Below are positions 1-10,244 of a stretch of 64,000 nt of DNA, piece after piece. Location of the stretch: the NCBI GenBank assembly GCA_965226495.1, contig OZ245365.1:2848001-2912000 (forward strand). Direction: 5' to 3'. The position numbers and the translations under genes were made by a program. The notes under the pieces are model-generated. The model searched no databases, was not told the DNA's origin, and saw only the letters and a list, made by a program, of their open reading frames with translations. Source of the stretch: Candidatus Marinacidobacterales bacterium. Its GTDB lineage: Bacteria > Acidobacteriota > Vicinamibacteria > Marinacidobacterales > DATDRI01. Every line of letters begins with the position of its first letter. Within the stretch, counting starts at the first letter, position 1.

Positions 1-393
1 AATCGATTCGCCCTCATCTTGGTCACCCTCTTCGCCGCGGTCGCCGTGATTCTTGCGGCGGTGGGCCTGTACGGTGTGATTTCGTACACCCTTGCACAAC
101 GAACGCGAGAAATCGGAATCCGCTTGGCCTTCGGAGCGCCACGAGCCAGCATTTTTCGCCTCGTTGTCGGACAAGGAATGGGCTTGACGATTCTCGGAGT
201 GGCGATTGGGGTGATGGGTTCGTTCTTGCTCGGTGGACTCATCTCGAGTCTTCTGTTCGAGGTCACCGCGGAAGATCCGCTTACCTACGTCGCCACCGCA
301 GGGATTCTGACACTGGTAGCGCTGACCGCTTGCCTTATCCCTGCCAGACGGGCAACTAGGGTAGACCCGATTATCGCTCTGCGCTCGGAATGA
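1..393 (+). CDS. C-terminal part of a MacB/FtsX-type ABC permease (acidobacterial ADOP-like), truncated by window start
   Basis: Frame open from base 1; motifs GLYGVISY..QRTREIGIRLAFGA and IPARRATRVDPIIALRSE. Confidence 0.9.
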   Translation, partial: NRFALILVTLFAAVAVILAAVGLYGVISYTLAQRTREIGIRLAFGAPRASIFRLVVGQGMGLTILGVAIGVMGSFLLGGLISSLLFEVTAEDPLTYVATAGILTLVALTACLIPARRATRVDPIIALRSE

Positions 394-461
394 GACTCGC
401 CCTTGTTTGGCGTCACTCGGTGTAGTCGGCAACCTGGACCTCGTCAGACGCCTGGCGTCAG

Positions 462-2471
462 TCAGCGTGGTCGGTAGTCTTGAACGTGGTCAGACGCCGG
501 CCAGGTGGCCAGGGCGCTCCACGTTTTGCTGGTTCGCACCCGAGCTTTCACGATCGCGCCACGACGACCGAGCACTTCCTCTCGATCTCCAGTTGCGGTG
601 AATGCCCCCGACGCGGCCTCCCCACCGCTGACGCGCGGATCTCGACCATCGAGCGTGAAGTAGAGTGTGCCACGGCCGTTGGGGTTCAGAACGTGAATGA
701 GGCCACCAACCGTCGACGGCGAAAACTGAGGAGGATCGATGGCCGGGTAGTAGCCCTCCCTTCGCAAGGCGTCGATGAACTGGTCCACGTTGCCCGTCAT
801 TTGCGCCACGACCCTCTCGACCTCCGGCACGAACGTATCGTCGCGCGTGCGAATCGGTTCGCCGAAAGGCTTTCGCACGTCCCCCCACCGCGCCGACTCG
901 GCGACCACCGCGTCCGCGACGAAGTCGGTAAGTGTCCGCCATCGCGCAATGACCTTGGCCTCCGTCAAGGAGCCCTCATTGAAGCAGTGGAGGTAAACCC
1001 GGTCCGCGAATAGGGCCATGAAGTCGGCGTTCGTTCGAAGTGAATGCCATATCCCGACCATGTCGTCCGTATCGATCTTCTCTGTTGCGTTTGCCCGGAA
1101 ACGTGGATGAACGGAAGCCACTGGAGTGCCATCCCGCGAAGCCCAGATCTCCTCCGCATCCCAGATAAAGAACCTCACCGGCGACGGAGGACTGTTACGA
1201 TTACCGGCGTACCAGTTATTTTGCGGCCAATCTCGCATGCCGGCGAACCAACAAAGAATCAGATAGTCGACAAACTCTTCGACGTCGATATACTCCTGAA
1301 GCTGTCGGTAGCGGGAGCGCTTCGCCGCGTCCTTCGCTCTCAGCGGTCCCCGCAGATAGTCCCAGCGGAACGAATCGCCTTGAAACGGCCCGTTATGTTT
1401 CACCGAGAAAAAATCCTGCATGACACCACCGAAGTAGGTCGCTTGAAACCAGGCATCCGGTCTCTCTGTAACGTTGTACATACCCCAGTAGAGCCCGTTC
1501 AAATAAAGATGCACGAAGGTGCCGTGCGCGCCGATGCCCGACATAGCGATCTGCGTGTCCCGCGCCCATTGATCCCGCACGTAAGTCGTGTGACCGGGGT
1601 GCCATCGAGTCGCCCAAGAACGGTCTTTCCCCGACCTCAACACGATCCGGTCGAAGGTCTTAGCGGCGGAGTTCCCGTTGAGGGGTGCATCCCTAAAAAT
1701 ACGCGAGTCCCACTTGCCCGTCCCATATTCGCTCTGGAACTTGAGCTTCAATGCCCTTTTGATCGAAGACCAGCTGTGACTCTCGAGCCCGGCGTCGACC
1801 TGAGTGCTCTTCTGAGGGTTCTCGGCGTAGATCAGCTCCACCGAGGCGGCCCGCGTACTGCCTCGCCCCGTGTCTCCCCAATAGACGCCGCTTTGCCGCA
1901 TATCCAACCCCGTCCCATCGGTTTCTACCCAACCGAACAGGCCCTCCTTATCCAAAACGATAGAAAGGGTGGGTATCGAAAGGAGTCCGGCTCTTATCGC
2001 CTTTCGGTAACGAGGGTCAGAAACCACGTTAGGGTCCATCTCATAGTCGAGCGTTACTTTCTCGTCGGCCTGGTAGCCGGTCCTCAACTGGGGACGAGGA
2101 AATCCTGGCGCGCTGGGCGGTTGCTTCAATACGTCCTCGATGAAGAGGTACGTATGCGTATCCACGTTACTGGGACTCATCCCTTCCCTATGCGCCATCG
2201 CCCGGAGAGTCGTGGTTCCTTCCACCGACACCGTGACGGGATTGGAGTTACCCAGCCCATGGGTCGAACTGGGCGCACTTCCGTCGAGTGTGTAGCGAAT
2301 CCTCGCCCCTTGCGTCTTCGACTGAATCAATACGGTAAAGGAAGACCGGTAGAAACCGCGGTTGCTGCTGAATTGTGTATCCCGGACGGTTTCTTGCCCG
2401 GCCACCACCTGCCCCATCATCAAGAATGCAGTGGCAATTGCCGCAAATACGCCCGCCCGTTCGTTTCTCAT
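462..2471 (-). CDS. Secreted CotH-family kinase flanked by chitobiase-C/FN3-associated domains
   Basis: Likely start MRNERAG (ATG 2471) with signal peptide; IRYTLDGSAP and LYFTLDGRDP repeats; CotH motifs HLYLNGLYWGMYNVTER, DWPQNNW, FFIWDAE. Confidence 0.8.
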   Translation of the reverse strand: MRNERAGVFAAIATAFLMMGQVVAGQETVRDTQFSSNRGFYRSSFTVLIQSKTQGARIRYTLDGSAPSSTHGLGNSNPVTVSVEGTTTLRAMAHREGMSPSNVDTHTYLFIEDVLKQPPSAPGFPRPQLRTGYQADEKVTLDYEMDPNVVSDPRYRKAIRAGLLSIPTLSIVLDKEGLFGWVETDGTGLDMRQSGVYWGDTGRGSTRAASVELIYAENPQKSTQVDAGLESHSWSSIKRALKLKFQSEYGTGKWDSRIFRDAPLNGNSAAKTFDRIVLRSGKDRSWATRWHPGHTTYVRDQWARDTQIAMSGIGAHGTFVHLYLNGLYWGMYNVTERPDAWFQATYFGGVMQDFFSVKHNGPFQGDSFRWDYLRGPLRAKDAAKRSRYRQLQEYIDVEEFVDYLILCWFAGMRDWPQNNWYAGNRNSPPSPVRFFIWDAEEIWASRDGTPVASVHPRFRANATEKIDTDDMVGIWHSLRTNADFMALFADRVYLHCFNEGSLTEAKVIARWRTLTDFVADAVVAESARWGDVRKPFGEPIRTRDDTFVPEVERVVAQMTGNVDQFIDALRREGYYPAIDPPQFSPSTVGGLIHVLNPNGRGTLYFTLDGRDPRVSGGEAASGAFTATGDREEVLGRRGAIVKARVRTSKTWSALATWPASDHVQDYRPR

Positions 2472-2520
2472 GAACTCACCAATGAGGCTAACATACGGAT
2501 AGGCGATCGGGGATAAGCGT

Positions 2521-4621
2521 ATGGATGGTCCGTTCCAAATCGGTGCTTGGCACGTCGATGTGCCAAGAAACCGGCTCGTCCGCTCTGGCCACCCCGAGCA
2601 CTCGGTGAGAATCGAGCCCAAGGCGATGCAGGTCTTGGTTTATCTCGCGCAGCACGCCGGAGAGGTCGTCGAGAAAGAAACGGTTGTCAAGGAAATCTGG
2701 GAAGGGGCCTTCGTGACTGACGAAGTGCTCACGAATGCTATTTGGGAGCTTCGAAAGGCGCTGGGCGATGACTCCAAGAGCGCGCAGTTCATTCAAACGG
2801 TCCCACGCAAAGGCTACCGACTGATCGCGACCGTTCAGGCCGCAAATCAAGGTGGCCACGCGCGCCTTCAAGGGAGCAGGTTTGCCAGAAACTCGTCAGC
2901 CGCACGGTCGGCAGACAAGCCCATGGCCGGACGTCGTGGCGCGGTTTCCGGTCGCCATCGACGAGAGCCTTGGCCCGCTCTATGTTCCAGTTGTCGCGCT
3001 ATCGCCGGACGGATCGAGCATCGTTTACGCCTCGGCGGCCGAAGACGGAGGCCAATCCCAGCTCCATTGGCGAGAGATGGATCAAATGACTTCTACCCCG
3101 GTTCCTGGTACAGAAGGGGCCCTCTCGCCCTTTCTCTCGCCGGATGGAAACTGGGTAGGCTTTGTCGCGGAAGATAAGCTTCGAAAAGTAAACCTCCATG
3201 ACGGCAGCCCCCCGATTGACCTTTGCGACATCGGCGGGCCTCGCGGCGCTTGGTGGGGTCCTGATGACTTCATTTATTACACACCGGGAAGCTCGGGAGG
3301 CATCTGGCGGATCTCAGCGGACGGTGGCGAACCCAAAGCCGTAACCGAGCTCCGAGAAACAAGTGCCGAATGGACGCATCGCTGGCCTCAAGTTCTTCCG
3401 GGCGGGCAAGCGGTTCTCTTCACCGTCGGCGACAGAGACATGTTCTCCGGTTTCGACGAAGCGAAGATCTTTGTTCAGTCCCTCGTAACCGATGAGCGCC
3501 GCTTGCTGATCGAAGGCGGCAGTTTCGCCCGCTACGTGCAGAGCCACATCGTGTATGTGCGCAACGGCGTCCTGATGGCAGCTCCCTTCGATGCCGAGCG
3601 GCTAGAAATCGTGGGCCGGCCCCGTCCGGTGCTCGAGTGGGTCAAATGGTTTCCAATCAACGGCACGGCTCAGTTCGCGCTTTCGCATGATGGTTCCTTG
3701 GTCTATGTGCCGGGCGGCCCGGAGTGGGAAGAACCACGCCGGCTCGTCTGGGTGAACCGACAAGGCGAGCCTAAACCGGTCACCGGTGACGCCCGCATCT
3801 TCTATGACCCTGGGCTCTCTCCGGATGGGCGGAAGATCGCGGTCGCGATCGCGCGCGAGGGCAACACCGATCTTTGGTTGTACGACGTCAAGCGTGACAC
3901 CTTGAGCCGCCTGACTGTATCGGGAGGAGAAGATTTAGGACCCTTGTGGACTCCGGACGGCCGGCGCATCGCCTACTATTATTCGATGACCGGACCGTTT
4001 CAGATGTTCTCGCTAGCCGCCGATGGGAGCGGAGAGCCGCAGAAAATCCTCGACGGAGAAAACAGTCAACGTCCCGAGTCTTGGTCACCCGACGGCAAAG
4101 TGCTCGTCTTCTCAGAAAACGATCCCGAGACCGGCTTCGACATTTGGTCCCTTCAGATCGATGACATCGAAGGCGGCAAGCCGGAGTCGATCATCAAAAC
4201 AACGTTCGATGAGCTTCACGGAAAGCTGTCACCGGACGGCCGTTGGCTGGCGTACGTCTCGAACGAGTCCGGGCACTACGAAGTGTACGTCACACCGTTC
4301 CCTGGCCCAGGCGGCAAGTGGCAAATCTCGACCGATGGCGGAGACGACCCCAGTTGGACGCGCGGCGGCAGAGAGCTTGTTTACATCGACGGCGACGAGA
4401 TGATGACGGTGTCCGTTACCGGTGAACCCGAATTTGCCGCCACCAAACCACGTCTTCTCTTCGAGTGGCGTCGGCCCCCGAGACTGTTCGAGGGCGTCTA
4501 CCGTCGTTACTACGACGTATCCGAAGACGGTGAGACTTTCTTGATGGTACGAGGGGGTGAGCGAGAAAGGTCCCAGCAACTGCACGTTGTGCTCCATTGG
4601 AGTCAAGAGCTCCAGAACTAG
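2521..4621 (+). pseudogene. CadC/OmpR-type winged-helix domain fused to TolB/PD40 beta-propeller; split by a frameshift near 2840-2860 (real or sequencing error)
   Basis: ORF 2521: IEPKAMQVLVYL..LRKALGDD..FIQTVPRKGYRL; ORF 2852 in another frame with SPDG/PD40 repeats (LSPDG, WTPDG, WSPDG). Confidence 0.75.
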
Positions 4622-4673
4622 TGGACTGTAACGACGAAATCGATACTGAACTTCATCGCCGCTGTCCAGACCA

Positions 4674-4761
4674 CCCTCGCCCCGGCCCTCTCCCTGAGGG
4701 AGAGGGAGTAACGGATGGAAGCCATCTTTCAATACCCTCTCCCCCGCGGTCGGGGGAGAGG
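4674..4761. repeat. Pair of REP-like palindromes (CCCTCTCCC-loop-GGGAGAGG)
   Basis: 4674-4706 ccctcgccccggccctctccctgagggagaggg; 4735-4761 ccctctcccccgcggtcgggggagagg; between convergent genes. Confidence 0.8.
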
Positions 4762-4788
4762 TCGTACCAACTGCGTTGGTACAGCCTA

Positions 4789-7467
4789 CTAGCGCCCGTC
4801 GCCAATCAGCACGAATCCCGCCCAATAGTAAGGATAGCGGCGCGACTCCCCGGCACCGCCCCGCGCCATATCCGCTTGAGCGTTCGACAACGCACCGGCA
4901 GCGGAGTTCCCCGAAGCCAACTCGCGGTAGAAACGGCCCATCAACTCGCGTGTCGCTCGATCTTCGACCGGCCACAACGTCGCGACCACGGAGCTTGCGC
5001 CGGACTCGAGGAAGGCCCGAGCCAAGCCTACGATGCCCTCACCGCGCTGCGGTATGATACCGACCGTCTCGCAAGCAGCGAGCGTCACCAAGGCGCCCGA
5101 TCGTAGCGGGAGCTCCAGAACTTCGTAACCCGTCAAGACACCATCTTCCGGGTCTAGTGGGTCGAGGAGACTGTCCGCGAGCGCTCCCCGCTCTCCTGTC
5201 AGCAAAAGGGACGACTGAAGTGGCCTCGCCGGATCCACCCGCGCGTGGGTCGCGAAGTGGACGATGTCGTACCTGCCGATCCACCGCCGAACCGCCGGCT
5301 CATTCGCCTCCTCTCCGATCAGGACACGAGACCCGGGGAACAACGCACTCAACGCCTTCGCCTCAATCTCCGTCTCGGGCAGGGGGCGTCCGGGCGCGTT
5401 GGGTCTCGCGACCACCAACGCTCGGTCTCTCGAAATCGCGGACCCACGGTTTCGCAGACGCACGAATGCCGACGCGCTAGGCTCCAACACGAGCTCATGT
5501 GACTCGGCGAGATATCGACTTCGCCCGCCTCCCCGCAAAGCCGCCCACGGCAACGCAAACAGGATGCCGTCCGGAACGATGACCGCTGTGCGAGCATCCA
5601 CCAGGAGTCGCCCCACTGGCTCCAAAAGCATGTATGACAAGTTTCTTTGCGCGTCGGAGTAGAGCTCCGTCCATCCCTCCGTAAGGGGGAACGACGCCGT
5701 CGTGTCACCGCCAAAGATTCGTACCAGACGATCGAGCTCCCTTTCCTTTATGTCCTTGACCGACCAGCCGGCGAGTCCGTCGGAGTCCAAGACAAGAGTC
5801 GCCAGCCATCGGGACGTTACGGTGTAGTGGATGAGGATCGTTCCCGGCTCGAGAGCCGCGACGACACGGGACAGTGGTTCAGGCTCCGCCACGCCCGGTA
5901 AGACCACATCCACCCCTCCCGCGCCACCATGGGTAACCAACACTCCCGCTTCGAGAGAGTCGAGTAAGGCCCGCGCCCGCGAACGCTCCAAGAACTCGAA
6001 TGCCACTTCAGGATCGCGGCGCTCCGTAAGATGGATCCAGGCCAGATCTTCGTAAATGGATCGCCTCGTCGCGAGGAAGCGAGCCCTCTCTTCCTGTGAC
6101 TGTGAGCTCGCTCTCAACGTCTCGATGGTCGAAACCGCAGCTTCCAAGGCTTCGATGGCGCTGTTCGTATCGCCCTGCGCGAGCGTAAGCTGCGCCTGGC
6201 GTCGCGAGGTTTCGGCTCGCTCGAGCTCGGTTCCGACCCCCTGCGCCAGCTCTTCAGCTTCGCTGTAGGCTCGCTTGGCCGCCCCATCCCTCCCCTCGGC
6301 GAGATGGAGCTCCCCAGCGATGAGAAGCGCTCCCCAACGGGTCTGCAAAACTTCTCGCGCTGACTTGCCTCGAGTGAGTGCCAAAACCTCGCCCACCACG
6401 GAGAGGGCTTCTCCCGATTCGCCCGCGTCCGCGAGAAGCTCGGCGATGTGGAGGAGCGTCTTCAGCCGACTCCACTCATCACCTTGGTCCGATGCGAGAT
6501 CGAGCGAACGCCGGTAAGCCGCGAGCGCTTCCTTTGTTTTTTCCAAGCGTTGTAGACTCGCCCCTCGGTTGGCCGCGGCCGCCGCCTCGAGCTCGAACTG
6601 ACCTATCGTCTTGAACGTCGCCTCTGCTTGCTGGAAGTACCCCACCGAGCGTTCATAAAGTCCCAGCTGATGAAAGAGGTGCCCCAAGTAAAGAAGGGCA
6701 AAACCTTCGAGATCCGGAAGCCCGTGTCTCCGACCGAGATCGAGCGTTCGTCGATAGCCCGCGGCCGCTTCACGCAGTTTCCCTTCGTCCTGGTCGAGAG
6801 CCGCGAGGTTGTTAATAGCCGCCGCCTCTCGTTCTCGACTTCCAAGCTCCGCCGCTCGATCTCTTAGTTCGCGATAGTGCTGGCCGGCCTCCTCGGGGTC
6901 CGCGTTCATCCAGGCCGCGTCGCCCAGCAGGTGAAGGGCTCGCACTTCACTCCAGCCGTCGCCGAGTCGTCGTGCAGCTTCCAAGGCGCCCTTTGCCCGG
7001 TGTGCTGCAGCGGCCAAGGTGTCGTTCTGGTAAGCGGCCTCCGCCTCTTGGAGCAGGGCTTCAATCTGCAAGGCTTGCTTCGCACCCGAGGAGCCACGCC
7101 TCTCATACCATTCTGTGAATCGCACCAGCGAGGGATCGCCGAGGCGTTCGTCGATCGCAAGAGATAGACGCTCGGCTTGCCCAAACTCACGCGTGCCATC
7201 CCGCTCCCTTGCCACGGCGGCGAGCCCGTGGGTCCACAGTTTCTCCACGAACCGTCGCGCTTCCAGAGGATTCGCTTCAACGAGCTCTCCGAGCTCTCCG
7301 AGGTCAGCGGGCTTCGCCAACGCCACGCGAAACTGCCGCTCGGTCTCGTCCGTCCGCTCGACGAGTAGCACCAGTCCGGCGACAGACAGACACCAACCAA
7401 CGAGCAGAAGCAGGGGAAGGAGTCGAGATCTCATCGAACCGGCAGGGTAAGGCAAGTGCCCTGCCAC
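4789..7467 (-). CDS. TPR-repeat CHAT (caspase/HetF-like) protease with N-terminal hydrophobic segment
   Basis: TPR-like repeats; ERSRARALLD; IVPDGILFALPWAAL; His motif HFATHA and Cys motif LAACET; YPYYWAGF. Alternative start ATG 7434. Confidence 0.9.
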   Translation of the reverse strand: MAGHLPYPAGSMRSRLLPLLLLVGWCLSVAGLVLLVERTDETERQFRVALAKPADLGELGELVEANPLEARRFVEKLWTHGLAAVARERDGTREFGQAERLSLAIDERLGDPSLVRFTEWYERRGSSGAKQALQIEALLQEAEAAYQNDTLAAAAHRAKGALEAARRLGDGWSEVRALHLLGDAAWMNADPEEAGQHYRELRDRAAELGSREREAAAINNLAALDQDEGKLREAAAGYRRTLDLGRRHGLPDLEGFALLYLGHLFHQLGLYERSVGYFQQAEATFKTIGQFELEAAAAANRGASLQRLEKTKEALAAYRRSLDLASDQGDEWSRLKTLLHIAELLADAGESGEALSVVGEVLALTRGKSAREVLQTRWGALLIAGELHLAEGRDGAAKRAYSEAEELAQGVGTELERAETSRRQAQLTLAQGDTNSAIEALEAAVSTIETLRASSQSQEERARFLATRRSIYEDLAWIHLTERRDPEVAFEFLERSRARALLDSLEAGVLVTHGGAGGVDVVLPGVAEPEPLSRVVAALEPGTILIHYTVTSRWLATLVLDSDGLAGWSVKDIKERELDRLVRIFGGDTTASFPLTEGWTELYSDAQRNLSYMLLEPVGRLLVDARTAVIVPDGILFALPWAALRGGGRSRYLAESHELVLEPSASAFVRLRNRGSAISRDRALVVARPNAPGRPLPETEIEAKALSALFPGSRVLIGEEANEPAVRRWIGRYDIVHFATHARVDPARPLQSSLLLTGERGALADSLLDPLDPEDGVLTGYEVLELPLRSGALVTLAACETVGIIPQRGEGIVGLARAFLESGASSVVATLWPVEDRATRELMGRFYRELASGNSAAGALSNAQADMARGGAGESRRYPYYWAGFVLIGDGR

Positions 7468-7495
7468 GGCAAGGGTTGGCCCGTGATGCCCCCGA

Positions 7496-9163
7496 CTAAG
7501 AGACCGGGGTTTCTTTCTTTTCCTTGAGAGACCGGTCGCGGAGAGACTTGATCACTTGGAGAGCCTCGATGGAGCGACGATCAGGGATCATCATCTTGAG
7601 AGCCTTGCGAATCAGCGCATCGGCCTGCGCGTCGTGCCCCAGCTTGCCTTCAATCAGACCGGCGTAGTAAACCGCCAGCCCACATTCAGGGTCCAGCCTC
7701 ACCGTTTCACTAAGTTCGACCAGACATTTGTCTGCGCCTTTGGGCGCATCGAGGAAGCGGCAATAAGCAAGCTCGGCCCGGTACTTGCTGTTTTGTGGAT
7801 CACAATCGTGGGCGAGCTCCAGCTGTAGGAGCGCTTCAGCGTGGAGACCACGCCTCATGAGAGCGCGTCCCTTTTTGAATTGCAGGTCGGAATCCAGGAA
7901 CTCTTTTCGGAGAGCAGTGCGCGATTCCGTTTCCTTCCGCTTCTCCTCGAGAAGACGATGGCGGCGAGCGACGAGCAAGGTCCGGCGTCCTGGATCGCTA
8001 AGCTCACCATAGGCGCGTCCACCCGCCAAGAATAGATCCTGCACCTTCTCCAGCAGATGGGCGAGCTCATCGGTCATGAACCTCCATGGCGCGAACTTCC
8101 GCGAAAACCCGATGTACTTTTCTTCCATTTCGGCCGGAGAAGCGTTCTCGTTGGTGACTCCAAGTAGATCGAAAGCGTCTAGCTCCCGATACCGCAAGTA
8201 GATCTCCATCACCTCGTTGCTAACATCTTCCGCGTTTGCCGCTTCTTCCGTTGTCGACACCCGCGCCCATGCGGCTGCCGGTCGGATCGGAGCGGTGTCG
8301 GCCTCCTCTTCGATCATTTTGTCCGCGTCCGTCGGGACCTCGAGCGGCTGGGTTGCCAAGAGGCGCAGTGTGGACTCCTCAGACGCAGTCTCTCTCTTCT
8401 TCTCTCTCTTCTCCTGCGGTATCCACTCTTCTGGCCGAACTACGCCCACAACCATGAGCGCATAAAGGAATCGGATGAGCTTCTCACCTGAGATCGGAGA
8501 CTCCGCAGCAAGCTCCTCGATACTCTTACCATCGCGCAGTCGATCGATCAGGTCTTTCTGGTCCGGAGTGAGACGGATATCCGCCAACCAATAAGGAGGC
8601 CTCAAGTCCAGCGAGAGCTTGACCTCCCTCAGCGGATCCATCGTATCCCGAACCTCGTCTTCGAGTGCGAAACGTGAAACTCCCGTTACGATGAGCTGCG
8701 CGGTCTTGATCTTGAACGGCGACTCGACGTGCTCGAGGCCTGGGAAAACTCGAAAGGTGCCGCTTCGCCACGTAAATATATGAAGCAGTTTCCTGGCCAG
8801 CGTCTGCTGTAGAACACGGAAGAGCTCCGACGGCGTGATCAAGGCGTGGTCGATGAGGATCTCACCCAAGTGCCGCTCGCCCGAAACGCTCTGGTTCAGG
8901 CAGCGCTGGCGCTGTTCATCGGTGATCATCTCGCGGTCGACCAGAACTTGGCCGAGGGTTTCATGAAGCAGGTTAGAACGGCATTCGACCGGCACACCTT
9001 TCTCGAGGACAACGACTTTGGTGACCGCCTTGCGCGCAAACTCCAGGACGGCCGAGCGCCGAGTCACAGCCATGGAGTGAAGCAGCACCGCAAAGGGGAT
9101 CTCGGTCAGATTCCCTTCGGTCACTCGAGCGATGGTCTCGAGTTGTTCGGGTCTCGGGATCAC
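7496..9163 (-). CDS. DUF4388 (PATAN/PatA-N) protein with MshEN-like helices, degenerate J-like domain and C-terminal TPR
   Basis: GNLTEIPFAVLL..LEKG; ETLGQVLV..RHLGEILI; WRSGTF; FDLLGV..FAPWRF (HPD absent); TPR-like tail. GTG 9163 has a purine-rich RBS; ORF open to 9193. Confidence 0.75.
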   Translation of the reverse strand: MIPRPEQLETIARVTEGNLTEIPFAVLLHSMAVTRRSAVLEFARKAVTKVVVLEKGVPVECRSNLLHETLGQVLVDREMITDEQRQRCLNQSVSGERHLGEILIDHALITPSELFRVLQQTLARKLLHIFTWRSGTFRVFPGLEHVESPFKIKTAQLIVTGVSRFALEDEVRDTMDPLREVKLSLDLRPPYWLADIRLTPDQKDLIDRLRDGKSIEELAAESPISGEKLIRFLYALMVVGVVRPEEWIPQEKREKKRETASEESTLRLLATQPLEVPTDADKMIEEEADTAPIRPAAAWARVSTTEEAANAEDVSNEVMEIYLRYRELDAFDLLGVTNENASPAEMEEKYIGFSRKFAPWRFMTDELAHLLEKVQDLFLAGGRAYGELSDPGRRTLLVARRHRLLEEKRKETESRTALRKEFLDSDLQFKKGRALMRRGLHAEALLQLELAHDCDPQNSKYRAELAYCRFLDAPKGADKCLVELSETVRLDPECGLAVYYAGLIEGKLGHDAQADALIRKALKMMIPDRRSIEALQVIKSLRDRSLKEKKETPVS

Positions 9164-9340
9164 CCCTGCCTCCCCCTGTCCAAGAATGTCCAAAAATGCC
9201 CGCGAATGTCCGGGTCCGATCTTCTTCGGATCTAGGTCGTTGTTAGCTGGTTGGATTGGTTACTAAGAGTGTACCAGAAGTGGAGGAATCGCTCCACCTC
9301 CTTAAAAAACGGGGAAATTTTCCTTCGTTCGGAGTCCGGA

Positions 9341-9383
9341 AAACGAAAAAAGGCCAGAGAGCGCCTCGCGCCCTCGGGCCCCA
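9341..9383 (-). terminator. Rho-independent terminator of the DUF2911 gene
   Basis: Minus strand ggcccgagggcgc-gag-gcgctctctggcc followed by TTTTTTCGTTTT, just after the stop at 9397. Confidence 0.7.
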
Positions 9384-9396
9384 AGAGTCAGAAGTG

Positions 9397-9978
9397 CTAT
9401 TTCGCAGTCTTCACGGGCACGCTCCAGGCGGCCTCGCCCCAAGACAGCTTCATCATTGCGCCATCTCCCTTTTCAACGAGGGAGATAGTGAACATATCGA
9501 CGGTGCTGGACGTCTTGGACTCCGCCAAGGGCACCCGCGCCACCTCGCTGTCACCGATCTCCTCGCTGTATGAGAAATGCGGCCACAGCTCGTTTTTAAG
9601 CCCGTCCGGAGCCTCGGCCCAAACCTTGCCCAGTGGTTGGCCAACAACCTCGTTCACAGCCAACGCGTACTCACCGTCAGCAGGACAGTACACATAAAGA
9701 GAGTACTCACCAGCGGGGACCTTCGAGTCACCGACGTACACATCCCCGGAGACGGTGAGGGTGGTCACCTGCTCGGACCCGGCGCGCCACATCCGGTCTT
9801 CGGGCAACTTGGAAGTCAGCTCGCTGAAGCTCCGGCCGTTGAGGGAAGGCCGACCGTACTCGACGGAGACGCTCTCTCCCCCGACCTTAGCCTTCGCGGT
9901 CTCCCGCGGAGAAGGTGTTTGTGTGAACGCTACCGCGGCAATCGCGATAGCGGCTACGCTCGATAAAAGAACACGCAT
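9397..9978 (-). CDS. DUF2911 family exported protein
   Basis: Signal peptide; SPR..VSVEYGRPS..WRAGSEQVT..VPAGEYSLY..LSWG. Confidence 0.85.
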   Translation of the reverse strand: MRVLLSSVAAIAIAAVAFTQTPSPRETAKAKVGGESVSVEYGRPSLNGRSFSELTSKLPEDRMWRAGSEQVTTLTVSGDVYVGDSKVPAGEYSLYVYCPADGEYALAVNEVVGQPLGKVWAEAPDGLKNELWPHFSYSEEIGDSEVARVPLAESKTSSTVDMFTISLVEKGDGAMMKLSWGEAAWSVPVKTAK

Positions 9979-10244
9979 TTATGAACTCCTTTCGTTTCTG
10001 AAATCTTCTTTTGAGAAACCCAGGGCGTGGGCGGAATAAACCCCGGCTCATCCTCCTCATTTTGCACTGGCTGTGCAAATCAAAAAAAATATTCAATAAA
10101 ATGGATGCAGTAACATGGGGCACAGACCGAGCCCCGCCTCCCGCCGCACCCATTAGGCCTTCGCTTCTTGTGGAAGAGCTGCGCAAACTCAAGTCGTCAT
10201 CCGGCCTCGCCTGAGGTAATCTGGCCGACGTAAGGAGGCGGGCC

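Noticed and set aside
1044-2516. 490-aa ORF antisense to the CotH gene
   Set aside because: Shadow ORF typical of GC-rich coding DNA; no recognisable motifs.
4789-7467. CRISPR-associated (Craspase-type) or anti-phage CHAT system
   Set aside because: No Cas7-11, gasdermin, NTPase or other defence genes adjacent.
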